Source: Rhodospirillaceae bacterium
GTDB taxonomy: Bacteria > Pseudomonadota > Alphaproteobacteria > MPNO01 > VGEU01
NCBI GenBank assembly: GCA_050249455.1
Contig: JBFWQM010000002.1
Span: 8,888-72,887 of the forward strand
DNA length: 64,000 bases
Direction of reading: 5' to 3'
The stretch's first letter is position 1. Every line of letters starts with the position of its first letter. The notes beneath the pieces were generated by a model. The model was not told the origin of the DNA and did no database searches. It saw only the letters and a list, made by a program, of their open reading frames with translations. Shown here one piece after another: positions 43,230 to 53,500 of this stretch. The position numbers and the translations under genes were made by a program.

Positions 43230-46200
43230 TCAAACCGGGCGAACCGTCGCACCGGCGGCGAGCGCGGCGTCGAGGGCGGGCAGGGCGGCGGCCATGTCGA
43301 GGCGGCGGGCCTCCGCCGCCACGGCGGCGAGCCGCGCGCGGACGGCGTCGTCCGGGGCGGCCCCCCCGGCGTCGGCCAGTGCGCGGCCGCGGGCGACCAG
43401 GAAGTCCGACAGCGGCAGCGGCTCGGCGCGGGTATAGGCCTCCAGCGCGTCGGCGAAGCGGCGGGCGGCGGCCCAGTCGCCCAGGCCGGCGGCGGCGTCG
43501 ATGGCGAAATAGGCGAACCAGAAGTGATTGTGGCTGGCCGCGGTGCCGCCCAGCGCCGCCTCGCCCTCGGCCAGCGCGGCGCGCCGTCCGGCCGGGTCGT
43601 CGATGGCGCTCGCCAGGACCGCGAAGGCCATGGCGCCGCCGAAGCTGTAGCCGATGTCGCGGCACACCGCGATCGCCTCCTCGGCGAGCCCGCGCGCCCC
43701 GGCGCGGTCGCCGCGGCGCAGCGCGCACGCCGCGCGCTGGACCAGCAGGATCGATTCGAACCGGCGCGAGCCGAGCGCGCGGGCCATCTCGAGCGCCGGC
43801 GCCTGCTCGGCCTCCGCCGCCTCGTCGGCGCCCCAGAAGGTCAGGATCATGCCGGCGGACTGGCGGGCGAACATCTCGCCGAACCGGTTGCCGGCGCGTC
43901 GCGCGGCCTCGGCCGATTCGCGGATCAGCGCGACGCCGGCATCGGGCTCGCCGAGATAGAGCAGGCAATGGCCGATCATCACCCGGTTGGACGCCGCGAC
44001 CCGGCCGAGGCCCAGCCGCTCGGCCAGCGCCACGCAGCGCGCGAACATGTCGCGCGCCGAGCGCATGCGCCCGACCGAATAGAGCGCATCGCCCAGCCCG
44101 CTCAGCGCGCGCGCCTGCAGCTCCGGCGCGTCGGCGGCGGTCGCGGCGGCCAGCGCCGCCTCGTGCGCAATGCGGCATTCCTCGGTCAGGCCGCGCGCGA
44201 AGTGCAGGCTGCCGCGGTGGTAGTGAATGGCCGCGAGGTCGGGGGTCAGTCCGTCGCGCGCGGCGATCGCCTCGGCGCGGTCCAGCGCGGCGTGCGCCTC
44301 GTCCACCGCGCCGAGCTGCCGCTCCGCCGCCGCGACGCCGATCAGCGCGGCGCAGCGCGCCCGGTCGTCGGGCGCCAGCGCCAGCGCCTCGCCGTAGGTG
44401 GCGCGCGAGGCGCGGGCGTCGCCCGATTCGCGCTCGATCTCGCCGACCAGCGCGAGCAGCGCGAAGCGCTCGCCGTCCGTCGCCGCCAGCGCCATCCCGC
44501 GGCGCGCCGCGGCCGTCGCCTCCGCGCCGCGGTAGTCGGCGGCCAGGCCGCGCGCGGCGGCCAAATAGGCGCCGGCCGCCTCCGGCGCCTCGGCGCGCTC
44601 CAAATGCTCGGCGCGGAGCAGGGGGTCGCGGCCGTCGTACCAGCGCGCGGCCGCGGCGTGCAGCTCGCGCCGGCTGGCGCGGGTGAGCGAGGCGTAGATG
44701 CCGTCGCGGATCAGCGCATGGTCGAACAGCATCTCGGCGCCGAGCGGCCGCACCAGGCCGGCGGCGCTCAGCCCGGCGCAGGCATCGCCCGGCGCCGCCA
44801 GCACGGCGGCGAGGCCGTCGGGCGGGAAGCGCTGGCCGAACACCGCCGCCGCCTGCGCGGCGCGGCGGTCGGCCGGCGGCAGCCGGTCGAGGCGGGCGAG
44901 CACCAGCCCGTGCAGCGTCTCCGGCATCGCCTCGCCGCCGCGGTCGGCGGTGCGCGCGAGCTGCTCCAGGAACAGCGGGTTGCCGCCGGCCCGCGCGACG
45001 CAGCGCGCCACCGCCTCCGGATCGGCGCCGTGGGCTGCGGCAAGCGCCGCGGCGTCGCCGGCGTCGAGCGGCGCCAGGGTGATCGCCGCGACGTCGTCGA
45101 CGCCCTGCGACGCCCACCAGTCCGGGCCGGTCCGCTCGCCTTCGAGCCGCGTGGTGGCGACCAGCGCGATCGGCGCCGCACGCGCCGTGCGGCCCAGCGC
45201 GGCGAGCGCGTCGGCCGTCGCGTCGTCCGCCCAATGGGTGTCCTCCATGACCAGCAGGACCGGCCGGCGCTCGGCCGCGGCGCGCGCGACGCGGTCGATC
45301 GCGGCCTGCTGCCGCGCGCCGCGGATCGCCGGCGCCATCGATTCGTAGAGGCCGCGCTCGTCGTCGGGCAGCGCGAGGCCCAGCACGGCGCGCAGCGGCG
45401 CGGCTTCCTCCGGCGCCAGGCGGCCGGCGGCGCGCAGCGTGTCGATGCCGTGCGAGTCCGCGGTCGCGTCCCAGGCGGCCGTCACGAGGCCGCGGACCGT
45501 CGCGCCGATCGCCCCGGCATCGCGTGCGGCGCCGAAGTCGAGGACGAGGCCGGTGACGACGGCCAGGCCGGCGGCGGTCGCGGCGGCGCGCGCCGCCTCG
45601 GTCAGCCGCGACTTGCCGATGCCCGCCTCGCCGCGCAGCACGGCGACCCCGCCGGCGCCGCGCGCGGCGCAGCCGTCGATCAGCGCCCGCAGCCGGGCGA
45701 GCTCGCGCTCGCGGCCGACCAGCGGTCGGTCGGTCGGCTCGGCGATGCGGCCCACCGCGTGCAGCCGGTGGACCCCGACCGGCCGGTCGAGGCCCTTGAT
45801 CTGCCGTTCGCCGGCCGGCGCGCAATCGATGCGGCCGCGCGCCGCCTCGACGGTCGCCGCGCATACCAGCGTCTCGCCGGCGCCCGCCTCGCCCTGCAGG
45901 CGCGACGCCAGGTTCACGGCGTCGCCGGTGACGGTGTATTCGCTGAACCGCGCGCTGCCCAGCGTGCTGGCCACCACCGTGCCGCTGGCGACGCCGACGT
46001 GCAATTCGAGCGGCAGCGCGATGCTGCGCCCGAGCGCGGCCACCGCCTCGTGCATCGCGAGCGCCGCGGCGCAGGCGCGCTCGGCGTCGTTGCCGTGTGA
46101 GACCGGCGCGCCGAACACCGCCATGACGTTGTCGCCGATGTGCTTGTCCACGTGGCCGCCGTAGCGCGTGACGATGCCGTCCAGCGTCTCGAACAGCCGG

Positions 46201-46403
46201 CCGAGCATGTCGCGGGTGTCTTCCGGGTCGCGCGCGGCGGTCAGGCGGGTGAAGTCGGCAAGATCGGCGAACAGCACGGTGACGTGCCGGCGTTCGCCGG
46301 TCGGGCCGCTCGATGCGCCGGGCAGCGCGCCGCCGCAACCGCCGCAGAAGCGGTTGGCCTGGGCATTGTCGAAACCGCAAGCGGGGCAGCGCATGGTGCG
46401 CAT
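43230..46403 (-). CDS. multidomain signalling protein: zinc ribbon, class III adenylate/guanylate cyclase, AAA/STAND-type ATPase, TPR-like repeats
   Basis: Start MRTMRCPACGF..CGGCG. Cyclase blocks are RRHVTVLFADLADFT and GDNVMAVFGAP. A Walker A follows (GEAGIGKS), then a long Ala-rich helical repeat region. The 1223-aa track ORF has a non-coding-looking N-terminal extension. Confidence 0.85.
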   Translation of the reverse strand: MRTMRCPACGFDNAQANRFCGGCGGALPGASSGPTGERRHVTVLFADLADFTRLTAARDPEDTRDMLGRLFETLDGIVTRYGGHVDKHIGDNVMAVFGAPVSHGNDAERACAAALAMHEAVAALGRSIALPLELHVGVASGTVVASTLGSARFSEYTVTGDAVNLASRLQGEAGAGETLVCAATVEAARGRIDCAPAGERQIKGLDRPVGVHRLHAVGRIAEPTDRPLVGRERELARLRALIDGCAARGAGGVAVLRGEAGIGKSRLTEAARAAATAAGLAVVTGLVLDFGAARDAGAIGATVRGLVTAAWDATADSHGIDTLRAAGRLAPEEAAPLRAVLGLALPDDERGLYESMAPAIRGARQQAAIDRVARAAAERRPVLLVMEDTHWADDATADALAALGRTARAAPIALVATTRLEGERTGPDWWASQGVDDVAAITLAPLDAGDAAALAAAHGADPEAVARCVARAGGNPLFLEQLARTADRGGEAMPETLHGLVLARLDRLPPADRRAAQAAAVFGQRFPPDGLAAVLAAPGDACAGLSAAGLVRPLGAEMLFDHALIRDGIYASLTRASRRELHAAAARWYDGRDPLLRAEHLERAEAPEAAGAYLAAARGLAADYRGAEATAAARRGMALAATDGERFALLALVGEIERESGDARASRATYGEALALAPDDRARCAALIGVAAAERQLGAVDEAHAALDRAEAIAARDGLTPDLAAIHYHRGSLHFARGLTEECRIAHEAALAAATAADAPELQARALSGLGDALYSVGRMRSARDMFARCVALAERLGLGRVAASNRVMIGHCLLYLGEPDAGVALIRESAEAARRAGNRFGEMFARQSAGMILTFWGADEAAEAEQAPALEMARALGSRRFESILLVQRAACALRRGDRAGARGLAEEAIAVCRDIGYSFGGAMAFAVLASAIDDPAGRRAALAEGEAALGGTAASHNHFWFAYFAIDAAAGLGDWAAARRFADALEAYTRAEPLPLSDFLVARGRALADAGGAAPDDAVRARLAAVAAEARRLDMAAALPALDAALAAGATVRPV

Positions 46404-46450
46404 CGTACACCCTGCGGCCGGCGCGTGCACGCCGGCGTAGTGCCTGCGGC

Positions 46451-46933
46451 TCAGCCGCGCTCGGCGGCCAGCCGCTCGGCGAGCGCCGCCAGAGCGTCCT
46501 GCTGTCCGCGCGCCTCGACCGCGCCGGGACGGGCGCGGCGCACCCGCTCGATCGCCTCGGGGGCGCTCAGGCGCGCGCGGCGCATCCAGTAGGCCGCGGC
46601 CATCAGCCCGGTTCGCCCCACGCCGGCGTAGCAGTGGACCAACACCTTGCCGGCGCGCAGCCCGTCGCCCACGAAGTGATAGAACAGGTCGAACTGGGCC
46701 GGCATCGGCGCGCCGAAATCGCGGACCGGCAGGTTGTGGCGCGCGAAGCCGAGCGCCACCGCCTCCGCCACCGGATAGCCGGGCGGCTGGCCGGGCTCGT
46801 CGAGCAGGCTGATGACGGTCGCGAAGCCGTTCTCGCGCAACGTCCGCAGCGTCTCGATCGACGGATTGGCGCCGCCGGCAAGGCGGTCCTCGTCGATCCA
46901 CCAGAGATCGTAGCCGTAGGGGAAGCTCGCCAT
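46451..46933 (-). CDS. dual-specificity/tyrosine protein phosphatase family protein
   Basis: Contains the CX5R signature VLVHCYAGVGRTG. Confidence 0.8.
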   Translation of the reverse strand: MASFPYGYDLWWIDEDRLAGGANPSIETLRTLRENGFATVISLLDEPGQPPGYPVAEAVALGFARHNLPVRDFGAPMPAQFDLFYHFVGDGLRAGKVLVHCYAGVGRTGLMAAAYWMRRARLSAPEAIERVRRARPGAVEARGQQDALAALAERLAAERG

Positions 46934-46959
46934 CGCCGTCTCCAGCGGGAGGCGGCCCG

Positions 46960-47418
46960 TCAGCGCTGGGCCTCGACGTCGCGGGAGAGATTGTCGCGGA
47001 TCTTGCGCAGCGTCGAGCGCAAGCCCGACAGCTCGTCCGCGCCGATGTCGCCGCCCGCCACGGCGTTCACCTCGAGGTGGCAGTGGTGGACGGTCGCCAG
47101 CAGGCTGCGCGCCTCGTCAGTCAGGAAGACGTTGATCGTGCGGCGGTCGGCGGCATTGCGCACCCGCCGGATCATGCCGTCGCGCTCCAGCAGGCGCAGC
47201 GCCGCGACCGTACTGGGCTCGGTGGTGCCGACGCGGCGGCTGAGCTCGCGCTGGCTGACTCCTTCCTCCAGCGACAGCATGCGCAGCACGAACCACTGCC
47301 CCGGCGTCAGGCCGTAGGGGTGCAGCCGCGTGCGCAGGGCCTTGGTCATCAGGTTGTCGGTGTCGCGCACGATATAGCCTAACGATAATTCGGGGTCTTC
47401 GGACTCATGGACGTTCAT
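46960..47418 (-). CDS. MarR-family transcriptional regulator
   Basis: Start MNVHESED. Contains LTPGQWFVLRMLSLEEGVSQRELSRRVGTTEPSTVAALRLLERDGMIRR. ATGA overlap with the upstream UbiD gene. Confidence 0.85.
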   Translation of the reverse strand: MNVHESEDPELSLGYIVRDTDNLMTKALRTRLHPYGLTPGQWFVLRMLSLEEGVSQRELSRRVGTTEPSTVAALRLLERDGMIRRVRNAADRRTINVFLTDEARSLLATVHHCHLEVNAVAGGDIGADELSGLRSTLRKIRDNLSRDVEAQR

Positions 47419-48815
47419 GTCAAGAACTCGCTGATATCGATCTGGCCATGGTTGGTCGGCATCGCCTTGGCGAAGCGCGCCCGGTCGGGCGACGTGACCG
47501 GCGGCCGCGTCGCATCGATGATCCACTTGGTGCCGACGCGGTACATCGCGCTCATGCCGGGCACGATGTCGGAGATGTTGTCGAGCGACCAGATGCGGCT
47601 GTTCGGCAGCTTCACGATGTCGTCTTCGGCGTGCACCCGTGTGGTCAGCGACCAGAACACCTGGCGCAGGTCGGACGCGTCGATGTCGTCGTCCACCGCG
47701 ATGGCGAGCTTGGGATGCATGTAGGGGCTCGACAGCGCGGCGATCAGCGCGGTCTTGGCTTGGCCGGCCACGCGCGGGCGGATCTTCAGCACCACCGCCA
47801 TCAGCCCGGCGATGCCGAGGCAGCGCACGTCGAGCAGGTCGAGCCCGCCTTCGACGTTCTTCAGGTGGTCGGTGATCACCGTCTCGATGCAGGTCGCGGT
47901 GATCGACTGGGTGTCGGTCATCGGCGCGCCGCACTGCATGCCGTAGAAGATCGGGTCGCGCCGGTGGGTGATCGCCTTGACGACGAACACCTCGGTGGAG
48001 CCTTCCATCGCGTAGTTGCCGCTGGCCTCGCCGAACGGGCCCTCCGGCGTCATCTCCTCGGGCAGGATCTCGCCCTCGATCACCAGCTCGGCGTCGGCCG
48101 GCACCTCGATGTCGATGGTCTCGCACTTGACCATCCGGATCGGATCCTCCAGCAGGCCGCCGGCCACCTCCAGCTCGTCGAGCCCGTAGGACGAGGTGAA
48201 GCCGGCGGCGTAGTAGAGCGCCGGATGGGCGCCGACCACCACCGCCGCGGGCATCGGCTGCTTCTTCTTCTGATACATCTCGTAGATGCGCAGCGCGTGC
48301 CGCGGGCAGATCAGGAAGCCGGTGCGGTCCGGCCCCAGGATCTGCTGGCGGTGGATCGACATGTTGCGGATGCCGGTCTCCGGATCCTTGATGATGACCA
48401 TGCCGGCGGCGATGTAGGGGCCGGGGTCGGCCTGCGAGGTCCACATCGCCGGGAGCTTGGTGAGGTCGGCGTCCTTGCCGAGCTTGATGACCTCCTTGCA
48501 CGGCGCGGTCGCGCGCTCGACCATCGCCGGCTTGACCGGCTTCTTGATGCGCTCCACCAGCGTGGAGATCAGGCGGTCCGGCTCCACCCCCAGCGCGATC
48601 GACCACTTGGTGCGGTCGGCGATCGCCTGGTTGACGACCTGCCAGCCGGGGAAGCCCTTCAGGTTGGTGAACAGCGTGGACTTCGCGAGCCGGTCGTAGG
48701 CCTTCCAGCCGACCGCCGAGAGGTTCTCATGAGGGTCGACTTCCTTGGTGATCCGAAGCAGCTCTCCCTGCTGCTCCAGGTTCCGGACGTGGGCCCGTAG
48801 AGACTGGTCACGCAT
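47415..48815 (-). CDS. UbiD-family decarboxylase, paralogue 3
   Basis: Contains LRITKEVDPHENLSAV, GIRNMSIHR, EGPFGEASGNY and the IAVDDDID block. 466 aa. Confidence 0.85.
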   Translation of the reverse strand: MRDQSLRAHVRNLEQQGELLRITKEVDPHENLSAVGWKAYDRLAKSTLFTNLKGFPGWQVVNQAIADRTKWSIALGVEPDRLISTLVERIKKPVKPAMVERATAPCKEVIKLGKDADLTKLPAMWTSQADPGPYIAAGMVIIKDPETGIRNMSIHRQQILGPDRTGFLICPRHALRIYEMYQKKKQPMPAAVVVGAHPALYYAAGFTSSYGLDELEVAGGLLEDPIRMVKCETIDIEVPADAELVIEGEILPEEMTPEGPFGEASGNYAMEGSTEVFVVKAITHRRDPIFYGMQCGAPMTDTQSITATCIETVITDHLKNVEGGLDLLDVRCLGIAGLMAVVLKIRPRVAGQAKTALIAALSSPYMHPKLAIAVDDDIDASDLRQVFWSLTTRVHAEDDIVKLPNSRIWSLDNISDIVPGMSAMYRVGTKWIIDATRPPVTSPDRARFAKAMPTNHGQIDISEFLT

Positions 48816-48877
48816 GCGGTTCGGCCTTCTCTAGGACAGCGGGGCCATGGGACAAAAAAGACCGCAAGTTCTATGTT

Positions 48878-48911
48878 GAGTCGTTGTGTTTAGGCAACGA
48901 AGTTTCGACTC
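48878..48911. promoter_or_regulatory. nested inverted repeat in the UbiD3-MarR / MetE-like divergent region
   Basis: The sequence is GAGTCG-TTG...CAACGA...-CGACTC. The outer pair is GAGTCG/CGACTC and the inner pair is TCGTTG/CAACGA. Confidence 0.3.
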
Positions 48912-48972
48912 CGAACGATGTGCTACAACGCCGCAGCGCATGCGTTTCACCGGTGAATTTTTTGGAGACCCT

Positions 48973-50019
48973 ATGTCGATCCCCATCCTTCCCACTACCG
49001 TCGTCGGCAGCTACGTGCAGCCCGACTGGCTGGTCGACCGCGAAAAGCTGATCGGGCGGTCGCCGTCGCGGGTGCGCACCGAGGACATCTGGCGCATCCC
49101 GCCGCCGTGGCTGGAGGCGGCGCAGGACGACGCCACGCTGCTCGCCGTGCGCGACCTGGAGCGCGCGGGGATTGACGTGATCACCGACGGCGAGATCCGG
49201 CGCGAAAGCTATTCGAACCGGTTCGCGACCGCGCTGGGCGGCATCGACAACGCCAATCCGGCGGTGATCCCCGGCCGGTCGGGCCGGCCAAACCTGGTGC
49301 CGCGAATCACCGGCCCGATCCGCCGCACCGGCCCGGTCGAGGTGCGCGACGTGGCGTTCCTGCGCGCCGCGACCGACCGGGCGATCAAGATCACCATCCC
49401 CGGCCCGTTCACCATGCTGCAGCAGGCGGTCAACGAGCACTATCCGGACGAAGCGTCGGCGGCGATGGACTACGCCGCGGCGGTGAACGAGGAGGTCAAG
49501 GCGCTGTTCGCCGCCGGCGCCGACGTGGTGCAGATCGACGAACCCTACGTCCAGGCCAACCCGGACAAGGCGCGCGCCTACGCGGTGCCGGCGATCAACC
49601 GGGCGCTGGAAGGGACGAAGGGTCTCGGCGCCACCTGCGTCCACCTGTGCTTCGGCTACGCCTATGTCGTGTTCGGCAAGCCCGGCGGCTACTCGTTCCT
49701 GCCGGAGCTGGAGGCCTGCGCGGCCGACCAGGTCTCGATCGAGGCGGCGCAGCCGAAGCTCGACCTCGAGATCCTGAAGGCGCTGCCGTCGAAGACCATC
49801 GTGCTCGGCGTCATCGACAACGGCGACCCGGCGGTGGAGACCGCGGAGACGGTGGCGGGCCGCATTCGTGCCGCGCTGAAGGTGCTGCCGGCGGAACGGC
49901 TGGTGCTGGCGCCCGACTGCGGCATGAAGTACCTGCCGCGCGAGACCGCGTTCGGCAAGCTGAAGGCGATGGCGGACGGGGCGAGGATCGTGCGGCGCGA
50001 GATCGGGGCGGCCGGCTGA
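48973..50019 (+). CDS. cobalamin-independent methionine synthase (MetE C-terminal domain)-like Zn-dependent transferase, copy 1
   Basis: Start MSIPILPTTVVGSYVQP after GGAGA. Contains DGEIRRESY, VQIDEP, HLCFGY (HxC) and APDCGMKY, consistent with MetE-type Zn ligands. Confidence 0.8.
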   Translation: MSIPILPTTVVGSYVQPDWLVDREKLIGRSPSRVRTEDIWRIPPPWLEAAQDDATLLAVRDLERAGIDVITDGEIRRESYSNRFATALGGIDNANPAVIPGRSGRPNLVPRITGPIRRTGPVEVRDVAFLRAATDRAIKITIPGPFTMLQQAVNEHYPDEASAAMDYAAAVNEEVKALFAAGADVVQIDEPYVQANPDKARAYAVPAINRALEGTKGLGATCVHLCFGYAYVVFGKPGGYSFLPELEACAADQVSIEAAQPKLDLEILKALPSKTIVLGVIDNGDPAVETAETVAGRIRAALKVLPAERLVLAPDCGMKYLPRETAFGKLKAMADGARIVRREIGAAG

Positions 50020-50032
50020 GCCCGGCCGCCGG

Positions 50033-53000
50033 TCAGACGAACGTCGCGTCGATGGCGAGCACCTGGAGCTGCTGGATGTTCGCCAGCCCGCCGGTCCCCG
50101 CGCCGAAGCCGAGATAGGCGAACTCGGAGTTGCCGAGGTAGCTCGACATCATGTCGGTGGCGAGCGAGCCGCGCGACACGCCGTCGAAGGTGTAGCTCAG
50201 CACCTTCAGCGCCGAGTCCCAGTTGACGACGACCGTGTGCCACAGCCCGTCCTCGATGTTGGGCAGCGCGACCGGCGTGGTGCCCGTCAGGGCGTCGGGG
50301 TCGAGGAAGCCGGTGTGGTCCGCGGCGATGTCGGCGACGCCGATGGTGCGGTTGCCCGCCGGGCTGTTGTAGGTGTCGAACTCGATCGCGAGGCCGTTGC
50401 GGATGCCGGCGATTCCCAGGCCGCTGCCGGCGCCGCCGTTGACCGTCGCGCCGGCCGGATCGTTGTGGATCACGAAGGCCATGCCGTCGGCGGCCCAGTC
50501 GGCGTCGCCGAAGTTGAGCTTGAAGCTGGCGGAGAAGTCCTCGCGGACGTCGACCCGGGCGGAGGTCGTCACCCCGCCAGACTGGCCGGTCGTGGAAGTC
50601 AGGGTGTAGGTGTCCGTCGCCGCGTTGAACGTCGCGCTGCCGTGCGCGACCAGGGTGACGGCGGGCGGCGGCGTGACTGTGACGCTGACGGTGGCCGCGC
50701 GCTGCGCCGCGCCGTCGCTGATCGTGTAGCTGAAGCTGTCGGGACCGGAATAGCCGGCGGCCGGGGTGTAGACGATGAAGTCGTCGGCCGGGTTGGCGGC
50801 GGTGCCGTTGTTGTTGATCGTGGCGGTGCCGTGGCCCGGCGCGGTCACGCCGACGATCGTCAGCGGGTCGTTGTTCGGATCGCTGTCGTTGCCCAGCACG
50901 TTGACCGAGACCGGGGTGCCAGCGGCGGTCGTCGCGCTGTCATTGTTGGCCACCGGCGGGCTGTTGGGCGGCGGCACGGCATTGACGGTGACGTTCACCG
51001 CCCCAACCGTCGAGGCCTTGCCGTCGGAGATCGTGTAGCTGAAGCCGTCGGGGCCCGAGTAGCCGGCGGCCGGGGTGTAGACGATGAAGTCGTCAGCCGG
51101 GTTGGCGGCGGTGCCGTTGTTGTTGATCGCGGCGGTGCCGTGGCCCGGCGTGGTCACGCCGACGATGGTCAGCGGGTCGCCGTTCGCGTCGCTGTCGTTG
51201 GCCAGCACGTTGACCGAGACCGGCGTGCCGGCGACGGTGGCGGCGGTGTCGGTGTTCGCCACCGGCGGCGTATTGGGCGGCGGGGTGATCGTCACGCCGA
51301 CGTTGCCCACCGTCGTGGCGGTGCCGTCGGAGATCGTATAGGTGAAGCCGTCCGGTCCGGAATAGCCGGCCGCCGGCGTGTAGACGACGGTGTCGTCGGC
51401 CGGGTTGGCGGGCGTGCCGTTGTTGTTGATCGTCGCCGTGCCGTGCGCCGGCGCGGAGACCGCGACGATGGTGATCGGGTTGGCGTCGGCATCGCTGTCG
51501 TTGGCGAGCACGTTGACCGTGACCGGCGCGCCGGCGGCGGTCGTCGCGGAGTCGGCGTTGGCGACCGGCGGGGTATTGGGCGCCTGGCCCTGCACGGTCG
51601 CGCTGATGTTGTGGACGCGCAGCTTCTGCACGTTGTCGAGGCCGCCGGTACCGGCCCCGAAGCCGAGATAGGCGAACTCCGAATTGCCGAGGTACTGCGA
51701 CATCATGTCGGTGGCGAGCGAGCCCATCGACACGCCGTCGAAGGTGTAGCTGAGGACCTTGGTGGCGGCGTTCCAGTTGACCGAGACGGCGTGCCACAGG
51801 CCGTCCTCGATGTTCGCCAGCGCGACCGGGGTGGTGCCGGTCAGGCTGTCGGTGTCGAGGAAGCCGGTATGGTCGGCGGCGATGTCGGCGACCCCGATCG
51901 TGCGGTTGCCGGCCGGGCTGTTGTAGGTATCGAACTCGATCGCGAGTCCGTTGGCGAGGCCCGCGATGCCCAGGCCGCTGCCGCCGCCGCCCACGGCGTT
52001 CGCCCCCGCGGCGGCGTTGTGGATCACGAACGCCATTCCGTCGGCGGCCCAGTCGCGGTCGCCGAAGTTCAGGTCGAAGGCGAGGGAGAAGTTCTGCCGC
52101 ACGTCGACGCGCGCGGTGGTCATCACCGTGCCGGCCTGGCCGGTGCTCGACGTCAGGGTGTAGACGCCGGTGCCGCTGTCGAACGTCGTGCTGCCGTTTG
52201 CCTTGAGCGACAGCGTCGCGGGCGGCGGCGCGGTGACCGTCACGCCAACGCTGCCGACGGTCGAGGCCTTGCCGTCGGAGATGGTGTAGGTGAAGCCGTC
52301 CGGCCCGGAATAGCCGGCCGCCGGGGTGTAGACGATGGTGTCGTCGGCCGGGTTTGCGGGGGTGCCGTTGTTGTTGATGACGGCGGTGCCGTGCGCCGGG
52401 GCGGAGACCGCGATGATGGTGATCGGGTCGGCGTTGGCGTCGCTGTCGTTGGCGAGCACGCTCACCGTCACCGGCGTGCCGGCGGCGGTCGACGCGGTGT
52501 CGGGGTTGGCCACGGGCGGGGTGTTGGGCGGCGGCACCGCGTTCACGGTGACGCTGACCGATCCGACCGTCGAGGCCGTCCCGTCGGAGATCGTGTAGGT
52601 GAAGCTGTCGGGTCCGGCGTAGCCGGACGCCGGCGTGTAGACGATGAAGTCGTCGGCGCCGTTTGCGGGCGTGCCGTTGTCGTTGATGGTCGCCGTGCCG
52701 TGCGCGGGGTTCGCCACCGAGATGATGCTGAGCGGGTCGAGGTTCGGGTCGGAATCGTTGGCCAGGACGTTGATGCTGACCGGGGTGTTGGTCGCCGTGC
52801 TCGCGCTGTCGGCGATCGCGACCGGCGCGCCGTTGCCCGGCGTCTCGTTCTCGTAGGTGGCGGCGATGCTGGTCAGCTTCACCATCTGGAGATTGGCGAG
52901 CCCGCCGGTGCCGCCGCCGACGCCGAAATAGGCGAACGACGAGCCGCCCAGGAAGGTGGTGACCAGGTCGGTCGTCAGCGACCCCATCGACACGCCGTCG

Positions 53001-53500
53001 AGGGTGTAGGACAGCGTCTGCGCCGACGCGTCCCAGCTCACCACGACGGAGTGCCACTGGTTGTCCTCGAGGTTGGCCAGCGCGACCGGCGTGGTGCCGG
53101 TCTTGCTGTCGGTGTCGAAGAAGCCGGTATGGTCGGCCGCGATGTCGGCGACGCCGGAAACCCAGTCGATCGGCAGGTTGTTGTAGGTGTCGAACTCGAT
53201 GCCGATGCCGTTCTTGATCAGCATGGTGCCGAGGCCGCTGCCGTCGACGCCCACGACGTTGTAGCCCAGCGGGTCGTTGTGGACGACGAACGCGATGCCG
53301 TCGGCGCCGCTGTCGCTGGCGCCCAGGTAGGCGTCGAACGCGATGGTGAAGTCCTCCCGCACGTCGATGCGGTCGGTGGACGACACCATGCCGGCCTGGT
53401 GGCTTCCGGCGGCGGTGGTCAGCGTGTAGACGTCGTCGTCGGGGTTGTAGAACGCGTTGCCGCGCGCCACCAGGTCGAGCTCGTCGATGTCGGCGATCAG
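50033..53500 (-). repeat. intragenic repeats in the giant gene: ~309-bp Ig-like units (x3 at ~50665-51590, x2 at ~52225-52850) and ~640-bp lectin-like units (x3)
   Basis: Adjacent Ig-unit DNA copies (for example 50760-51065 versus 51070-51375) and lectin copies (50095-50500 versus 51655-52060) align at roughly 85-90% by eye. Confidence 0.75.

Noticed and set aside
43230-46403. The cyclase gene as a Pycsar/CBASS-like anti-phage signalling system
   Set aside because: There is no adjacent effector gene of the TIR, transmembrane or nuclease type. The architecture is the common regulatory cyclase-ATPase-TPR type. Nothing else in the neighbourhood looks defence-related.
48816-48972. Cobalamin or SAM riboswitch upstream of the MetE-like genes (also examined at 55241-55413)
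   Set aside because: I recognised no B12-box-like or SAM-II-like conserved core by eye. The genes are short MetE C-domain-only paralogues in catabolic contexts. A covariance-model scan would be needed to exclude a riboswitch formally.
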